Of a stretch of DNA of 64,000 nt, positions 58,157 through 64,000 are shown in pieces. The stretch is from a virus. A program made the position numbers and the translations under genes. The notes beneath the pieces are model-generated. The model was given only the letters and a program-made list of their open reading frames with translations, had not been told where the DNA came from and did not search any database. Numbering within the stretch: position 1 is the stretch's first letter; each line of letters opens with the position of its first letter. Location: the IMG/VR virus record IMGVR_UViG_3300014050_000006, positions 32,001-96,000 of that record; one strand, written 5' to 3'.

Positions 58157-60070
58157 TTATTTTACTTTGCTATGATAAAGAATACTTGCAAGATAACTAT
58201 CTACTTGATGATCATAAGCAATAGAATTAATACTTGCAACTGTTTCTTGATTTTGATCAACTGGTTGTTTGATATAATCTTCTATTTTAGAAACCCAATT
58301 TTCTGGAGTTTCATTTGCTACAATAATTTTACTAATTTGTTCTGCTACTTCTTTTTGATTATAGCTTAATTTTTTGATATTATGTTTTTTACGAAGAGCA
58401 GATGATACTTCTTCTTCTAGTTTTTGAGCAAGAACAAGGTTTTCTTTTACTTTAGAAAGACTAAACTTATCTTCGTTAGCTTTAGATTGTTTTCCTTGAC
58501 CAATTGGCGAAACATTTTTAGTGCTTTGTGGTATTCCAGTTGAACCACTTGGTCTGCCAGCTTGTTGTTGACTTCCACCAATAAGTGGTTGATAAAATCC
58601 TTGGTCTTTAAGATCTTTAAATCTTTGTTGAGCTTCAATTGATTCTTCTGGATTTGGAAGTCTACCAGTTTCAATAGCTTTAATTCCTTCTTCTGGAGTT
58701 AATACGCCAAGTTCTACTAGACGATTATAAATTCTAGAATATTGAACATCATCTTTAAGATCAATATCTTCAAAATTTGGAACTGGATAATTTTTAAATC
58801 CAAGGTCTTTACTAATTCTGCGAATCTCAGGAACAAGAAATTCATTAATAAATGTTTGGCGAGCTTGTTTTAATCTTTCGATAAATACTTGAACCTTAAT
58901 ACTTTGATTAGCAAACTTTTCACTACCAATAAGAATATTATTTAAGCCAATTTGAATGTCTCTATCAACAACTTCATATTTTTGAGGTCCAATCAAAGAA
59001 CCAATATCAGGAATAACAAATTGAGCTTTGGTTGTATAATCTGCGATAAGAACTCTGCCAACACTTTGATTTTCGAAAAGACTTTGCATGGCTTCAAGAT
59101 TTTTTTGATTGATACCACCATTATCTGGAGTATCTCCCATTGTAATAAGAAGTACAGATTGTTGCATTGTACGAGTAACTGCCATATCCATTTTTTTCAT
59201 TTCAGCTTTCCAATTGATATCTTCTAATACTGGAAATCCCATTGGCACTGCAAATGGTTCGTAATCTTGTTTTTTATAAAATGCTGCTGAAATTCTATCT
59301 GCTTCAAGAGGAATCGTTAAAATGCCAATTGTTTTTCCTTTAATTAATTTTTGAGTTTCTGGTGGTAAACTATTTAATACTTCTTTATCTTCATCACTCT
59401 TTGGATTCTTTAATCTTTCTAATTCGTAATCAGTTAATATTTTATAATATTTTCTTTGAGCAAAATTAATAGTTCCAGCGATTTGAATATCTGATGGATT
59501 TAAAATAATATATTTAGATGGTAAATTAACAGCTGCATTTGAACTAGTTAAACCAAATGTTTGAGTAATTTTATTAACATCTTCATCTTTTACTTTTGTA
59601 TCAAATCTATAAATAAAAACATTGCCAGAACGATAATATTCTCTAAAGAATTTATCTTGAATATCTGTTATATTTATTTTTCTAAAAAGTGCTTCAAAGA
59701 AATTTCTTGATTTTGAACTACCACCAGTAAAGTAAATATTACTAGCTGAAAATTCTGTCATTAAATCAATAGTATTTCTGAAAATTGCAAAATTATAATA
59801 TGCTTTTTGACAAAGAATAACTGCATCTCTGATATTAAGATTAGATTCATTTTTAATACCAGTTGAATATCTGAAAGGAATTAATCCATCGTTAATGTTT
59901 TTATATCTATCTGTTCTAATTATGGTACTAGCTGCATTTCTTCTTGTAGATGTATGTGCTGGATCAGAGGCATGAGCAGCATGGCTTTCGTAAGTAGAAG
60001 CTGATGCCATTAAAGGTACGATTTCCTGATTTTTGGTATTTTTTGATTTATTTTTAATTTTTTTAGACAT
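58157..60070 (-). CDS. Portal protein
   Basis: 637 aa directly after the terminase; FRNTIDLMTEF, FREYYRSGNVFIY and AVPMGFPVLEDI pattern. Confidence 0.8.
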   Translation of the reverse strand: MSKKIKNKSKNTKNQEIVPLMASASTYESHAAHASDPAHTSTRRNAASTIIRTDRYKNINDGLIPFRYSTGIKNESNLNIRDAVILCQKAYYNFAIFRNTIDLMTEFSASNIYFTGGSSKSRNFFEALFRKINITDIQDKFFREYYRSGNVFIYRFDTKVKDEDVNKITQTFGLTSSNAAVNLPSKYIILNPSDIQIAGTINFAQRKYYKILTDYELERLKNPKSDEDKEVLNSLPPETQKLIKGKTIGILTIPLEADRISAAFYKKQDYEPFAVPMGFPVLEDINWKAEMKKMDMAVTRTMQQSVLLITMGDTPDNGGINQKNLEAMQSLFENQSVGRVLIADYTTKAQFVIPDIGSLIGPQKYEVVDRDIQIGLNNILIGSEKFANQSIKVQVFIERLKQARQTFINEFLVPEIRRISKDLGFKNYPVPNFEDIDLKDDVQYSRIYNRLVELGVLTPEEGIKAIETGRLPNPEESIEAQQRFKDLKDQGFYQPLIGGSQQQAGRPSGSTGIPQSTKNVSPIGQGKQSKANEDKFSLSKVKENLVLAQKLEEEVSSALRKKHNIKKLSYNQKEVAEQISKIIVANETPENWVSKIEDYIKQPVDQNQETVASINSIAYDHQVDSYLASILYHSKVK

Positions 60071-60082
60071 TTGCGTTGATTA

Positions 60083-60088
60083 TTACAC
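60083..60088 (-). promoter_or_regulatory. GTGTAA late-promoter-like motif
   Basis: 12 nt upstream of the portal ATG. Confidence 0.65.
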
Positions 60089-60090
60089 CT

Positions 60091-61938
60091 TTATTTAATC
60101 ATAATAGGCGAAAAAGTTGGAGTTTCTATATTTTCTGGTTCTTTCATCATATCATTATAGCATTTCAAAGCCCAATTTGCTAACATAAGTGCTGAATAAT
60201 TATCTTTTCTAGCTTTATTAGCAGAAGAACTTCTTTTAAGGTGTTGTGGTAAATCAAAACTTTGAGTACCACGGCTAGTACTAGAATGCTCAACTAAAGC
60301 ACATTGTTTTTTAGTTTGATATATATAATCGTCTTGATTTTCAATAAAATCTAATATAGTCCAATCTTTCTTGTCTTCTCCTCTTATTAAATCTAGATTT
60401 GCTGCTCCTTGATTTAATGCTTTATTAAAGAAAGATTCATATGCTCCAGTTTTACTAGCAAACCATATCTTTTTATAATCAATACAAGCTTGTAAATGTT
60501 CGTTGGCTTTTCTAATAAATGTACTTGTAAATACTTGATTAAAAGCTATTCTTTTATCTTGAATATTATATTTTTTTCTAGCATTTTTAACCATAAGATC
60601 ATAATCTACGCCTTCTAGATCACTATCAAAATCAAATGTTTTAATTTCAAGTTTGTCTTTTTTAAATAGTTCTGATTGATTACAAGCTGACAAGAAAACA
60701 TCTGCTCCTGCATTATCTATAATCATTAAAATGATATTAAAATTACTTAATATATAATATAAATATGCAACGTGATTTTTTAAATTACCAAGGCCAGCAT
60801 AAGTATGAACTAATGTGCCTTGTTTAGTTTCATCATCTATTTCTAAAATAGCCATAGCAAAATAATCTGCATTTGGACTATCACTCATATTAGGGTCAAT
60901 TCCAAGCACATATTTTTTCTTTGGATCTCCTCTTAATAATGTATGAGGTGCTTCTCCTAAAGGTAAAGTGCAATCATCCATTTTTTTTGCATTAAAATAA
61001 CTATCACTACCATCTGTAAATTGAGCACAATATTCTCTCATGAAACTACTATGACTAAATCCGCCAGCTTGAGCTTCTTCAATAATTGTTTTATCAATCA
61101 TTTCTTCTGGAAGAGCTTCATAACTCATTTGACTAACAAAATATGTGGCTTCTTGTTTTTCTTTTGATTCAATCTTTTCACACCATTCTTTATAAGTTTT
61201 GTAAAGATTCTCAAAAGTATAACTTGCGGATGAGAGCGCAATCATTTTACTTGTATTTTCAAATACCATTCTTTCATCTTCTTTCATTAAGCCTTCGCTT
61301 ATTAATTTATCTTCAAATTCTCTGATCTCCATACGTTCTTTCATATTTTGTGGAGCAACCAAGAATGGCATCAATACATTTTTGATAATTTCTTCTGGAA
61401 GCAAAAGAAACTCATCAAGTACTAGAATATTAGCGCGAAATCCTCGAATCTTTTCTCCATTAAGAGGAATCGCTACAATACTTCCACCATTAATTTGCCA
61501 TTCAAATTGATCGTTTCTTTTAGCTTTAGCACCAAAGCATTGAGCTAGAAGTTCTGCACCTTTACTATCTACAATTTTTTCTAAGTTATTAAAAATAAAA
61601 CGTGCAGTTCTGAAAGTTGGTCCAGCAATAAGAATTTTAGTATTAGGTTCAAATACGCATTGAAGAAAACAAAATACTGCAGCCATAAATGACTTACCGC
61701 AACCACGACCAAACACGCACATATTAAAATTTCTATTCATTAAGGCTTTAAGATGTAACTCCTGATATGGAGCTAGTTTAACTCCACTAATAAGTTCTGT
61801 TGTAAATCCAAGATTAGCTCTAAGAAATTTGGCTAAAGAGATTTTAGCTTCTTTATCATTGAGAAATCCTTTAAGCTGAGATAATTCAGCGTTAACATCT
61901 TTTACTTCTCTTAAATATTTATCTGGACAATATATCAT
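60091..61938 (-). CDS. terL: Terminase large subunit
   Basis: LAPYQ adenine-binding motif, Walker A GRGCGKS, Walker B ILVLDE, motif III ALSSA, nuclease LGIDP and KDNYSAL. Confidence 0.93.
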   Translation of the reverse strand: MIYCPDKYLREVKDVNAELSQLKGFLNDKEAKISLAKFLRANLGFTTELISGVKLAPYQELHLKALMNRNFNMCVFGRGCGKSFMAAVFCFLQCVFEPNTKILIAGPTFRTARFIFNNLEKIVDSKGAELLAQCFGAKAKRNDQFEWQINGGSIVAIPLNGEKIRGFRANILVLDEFLLLPEEIIKNVLMPFLVAPQNMKERMEIREFEDKLISEGLMKEDERMVFENTSKMIALSSASYTFENLYKTYKEWCEKIESKEKQEATYFVSQMSYEALPEEMIDKTIIEEAQAGGFSHSSFMREYCAQFTDGSDSYFNAKKMDDCTLPLGEAPHTLLRGDPKKKYVLGIDPNMSDSPNADYFAMAILEIDDETKQGTLVHTYAGLGNLKNHVAYLYYILSNFNIILMIIDNAGADVFLSACNQSELFKKDKLEIKTFDFDSDLEGVDYDLMVKNARKKYNIQDKRIAFNQVFTSTFIRKANEHLQACIDYKKIWFASKTGAYESFFNKALNQGAANLDLIRGEDKKDWTILDFIENQDDYIYQTKKQCALVEHSSTSRGTQSFDLPQHLKRSSSANKARKDNYSALMLANWALKCYNDMMKEPENIETPTFSPIMIK

Positions 61939-62882
61939 AAAAGTTTCATATCATAAGCTAATTGTAGATCTATCTTTTTATAAAAGCATTTACTAGCTAA
62001 AATAGATTCTATAGCTCTTTTCATCTCTTCTCTACCATCAACAAAAAGAAATTGTAAGTTATCAAATTCTTGAAGTAATTGTCTAACATTATGAAATATA
62101 AATTCTGGTGTTGCTTTTATTTTTTTGCTAATATGAGGAAGATATTGAAAACTTAATGCATTTGTAAGCTTTTCCTCTACTATAACAACAAGATAAGCAT
62201 TATCTTTTTTAGCTTTAATAATCTCATTTCTAAATCTTTCTAGATTACCAACGCTCAAAGTGCTAATAAAATCACTTAAGCTTTTTCTTTCTATAAAACA
62301 ACTACAATTATCATTAGAACAAGTATAGTCGCCATAAGGTAAGGTTTTTATTTCAAAAGGTATATTAAATTTAAGCCAGTTTTGTTCTCTGGTATCAACG
62401 TAAATGGTATCATTTGAATTTAATTTATTTTTAAATTGATGAATAATATTGTTTGGATGTATAAATTTGTTTTCTAATCCTATACTAGAGCAAACATCAT
62501 AATAATCATTAAATAATTTATTATAAGAAATAATAGATGGCGCCATAATAGTTCTTAGCTCTACTTGAGAAGGACTATATGTTAATTTTTTATCTTCTTT
62601 TCTTTTGATTAATAATTGTTTTGTATATTCTTGAGCTTTATCTAATGGCTGTTGTTTGAGCCATTTTTTCATATTATTCTTATCATTAAAATCGCTATTA
62701 AAATACTGTTCTTTTGTTTTAAAATTAATAGTATCGCCAGTAAGAAGATCTTTTTTGGGATAATAAGTATGATAGTATTTTTCTTTATTTAAACCATAAC
62801 CACGAAGTGCAAGATGCAAACTTTTTTCATCTTTAAATTCTTTACCATCTACTTTGCAAATAACTGACATAAAATTAACCAT
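61935..62882 (-). CDS. ERCC4/XPF-family nuclease
   Basis: IYVDTREQ, LPYGDY, IERKSLSDF and VVIVEE signature. Confidence 0.88.
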   Translation of the reverse strand: MVNFMSVICKVDGKEFKDEKSLHLALRGYGLNKEKYYHTYYPKKDLLTGDTINFKTKEQYFNSDFNDKNNMKKWLKQQPLDKAQEYTKQLLIKRKEDKKLTYSPSQVELRTIMAPSIISYNKLFNDYYDVCSSIGLENKFIHPNNIIHQFKNKLNSNDTIYVDTREQNWLKFNIPFEIKTLPYGDYTCSNDNCSCFIERKSLSDFISTLSVGNLERFRNEIIKAKKDNAYLVVIVEEKLTNALSFQYLPHISKKIKATPEFIFHNVRQLLQEFDNLQFLFVDGREEMKRAIESILASKCFYKKIDLQLAYDMKLL

Positions 62883-63969
62883 TCAATATTTCGTCTTTTG
62901 AAATTCCTAATATTTTGCACTTGACTTCATCCATAGATGATAATCTATCTATTTCTTTTTCTACAGTTTTCTTTCTCATTTCTGCCATTTTAATTAATTT
63001 AGCACGGCTCTCTTCTTCTTTCCACATTTGAACAAGGTTAATAATTGATGCTGTTTCTTTTACTTGTTTGCTAAGTCTTTCGCTACGCTTTACCTTAAGA
63101 TCATTATTTAATTTTTGTTGACGATTAACGCAATCGTTGTATTCTTTTCTAGCAGTATTACTTGCTTCTACTATAGCCATTGGAATTTTGCCATCTTCTT
63201 GAATTGCAAGATCAATTTGATTTTGAAGGACTCCAATTGTTTGTTGAATATTAGAAGATATTAATACTTCTGTACAAAGAACAATATATTGGTCAACTTC
63301 TTCTTGGGTTAAGTCTGCTTTATTATATGTATATCTTATAAAACTACTCTCAAATAATTCTCTATCACTTTCATTATCATAAAGATTAATTTGGTGAATA
63401 AATCTATGAGTATTCATATAACCAATCAGTGCAATAATTTCTCTTTTTTGAGCATGAGTGATTTTATTTTTATCAATACCATCTAAAACATATTTATTGA
63501 TTTTCGCAATCATTCTTTCTTCACTGCGTGGTGGTTTATAATCTCCAGAAGCTACATCTTCATTTTCTGTATTATTATATTTAATATTAGTTGGAATAAT
63601 TTTCATATATTCCAATACGCTTCTAGTTTCTTGGCATAAATTAGTTAATGCTTCATTTTTAAATAAAATTTTAGCCATTTCTAAACCAGTCATAGTCAAG
63701 CAATTATTACTGATATATTCTTTTTGCTCGTTTGTTAGTTCTATTAAACCTTTAGCTTCATATTCATGGCTTTTCCTTGGTTTGATTTGTCTAGAAGCAA
63801 GAAATTGTTTTACAGCTTTGCCTTCTTTACTTCTACCATCCAGATCATCTCTATCAAAAGCAAGCTTAACTAACTCCGCTAAAGATGGAGGATTATCTGG
63901 ACGATTATTCCATTCTGTTAAGAGTTTTAATTGTTGCTCTTCTGTTAATACGAAAATATCTTCGCTCAT
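62875..63969 (-). CDS. Hypothetical coiled-coil protein, possible small terminase
   Basis: 364 aa with HTH-like N-terminal segments and a C-terminal coiled coil; coupled to the nuclease-terminase operon. Confidence 0.4.
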   Translation of the reverse strand: MSEDIFVLTEEQQLKLLTEWNNRPDNPPSLAELVKLAFDRDDLDGRSKEGKAVKQFLASRQIKPRKSHEYEAKGLIELTNEQKEYISNNCLTMTGLEMAKILFKNEALTNLCQETRSVLEYMKIIPTNIKYNNTENEDVASGDYKPPRSEERMIAKINKYVLDGIDKNKITHAQKREIIALIGYMNTHRFIHQINLYDNESDRELFESSFIRYTYNKADLTQEEVDQYIVLCTEVLISSNIQQTIGVLQNQIDLAIQEDGKIPMAIVEASNTARKEYNDCVNRQQKLNNDLKVKRSERLSKQVKETASIINLVQMWKEEESRAKLIKMAEMRKKTVEKEIDRLSSMDEVKCKILGISKDEILNG

Positions 63970-64000
63970 ATAATATCAATGTCTCCATTATATAAATGTT

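Noticed and set aside
1860-63973. All plus-strand ORFs and the short nested minus-strand ORFs in the track (e.g. 1929..2603, 29085..29342)
   Set aside because: They are shadows of long minus-strand genes or of low-complexity repeats, with no RBS or recognisable motifs.
1-64000. Alternative genetic code or eukaryotic giant-virus origin
   Set aside because: ORFs are long and tightly packed under code 11 with all three stop codons used; terminase, portal, tape measure, holin and SD sites indicate a tailed phage.

Overview
This window is the complete virion morphogenesis module of a large, very AT-rich tailed phage (Caudoviricetes). It uses the standard genetic code and essentially every real gene is on the minus strand. 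In transcription order (right to left) it contains: a coiled-coil protein, an ERCC4-type nuclease, large terminase, portal, a fibre protein, a lysis cassette (holin, spanin-like proteins, three lipoproteins, lysozyme), prohead protease/scaffold, capsid decoration protein, major capsid protein, fibre and LamG proteins, neck proteins, tail tube, chaperones, tape measure, distal tail/hub proteins, and about 28 kb of large adhesin-like proteins (RCC1/BLIP-II, FG-GAP plus vWA, Ig-like, Pro/Ser/Cys-rich) with a glycosyltransferase-like gene. No tail sheath is recognisable, so a siphovirus-like tail is likely. The most striking unexplained element is a ~225-nt ORF-less group I ribozyme in the 39724-40044 intergenic gap. 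Its best P1/5' splice site partner lies downstream of its own omega-G, which suggests a naturally permuted intron-exon arrangement. Other notable signals are GxIPNF-delimited cargo domains (one PD-(D/E)xK-like) in the tape measure, extreme [S/T]-G enrichment in external virion proteins, a GTGTAA late-promoter-like motif, an AGG-N4-AGG leader motif, and a shared Pro/Cys/C-terminal cassette on two adhesins. All protein calls come from motif recognition and gene order; no database searches were run.
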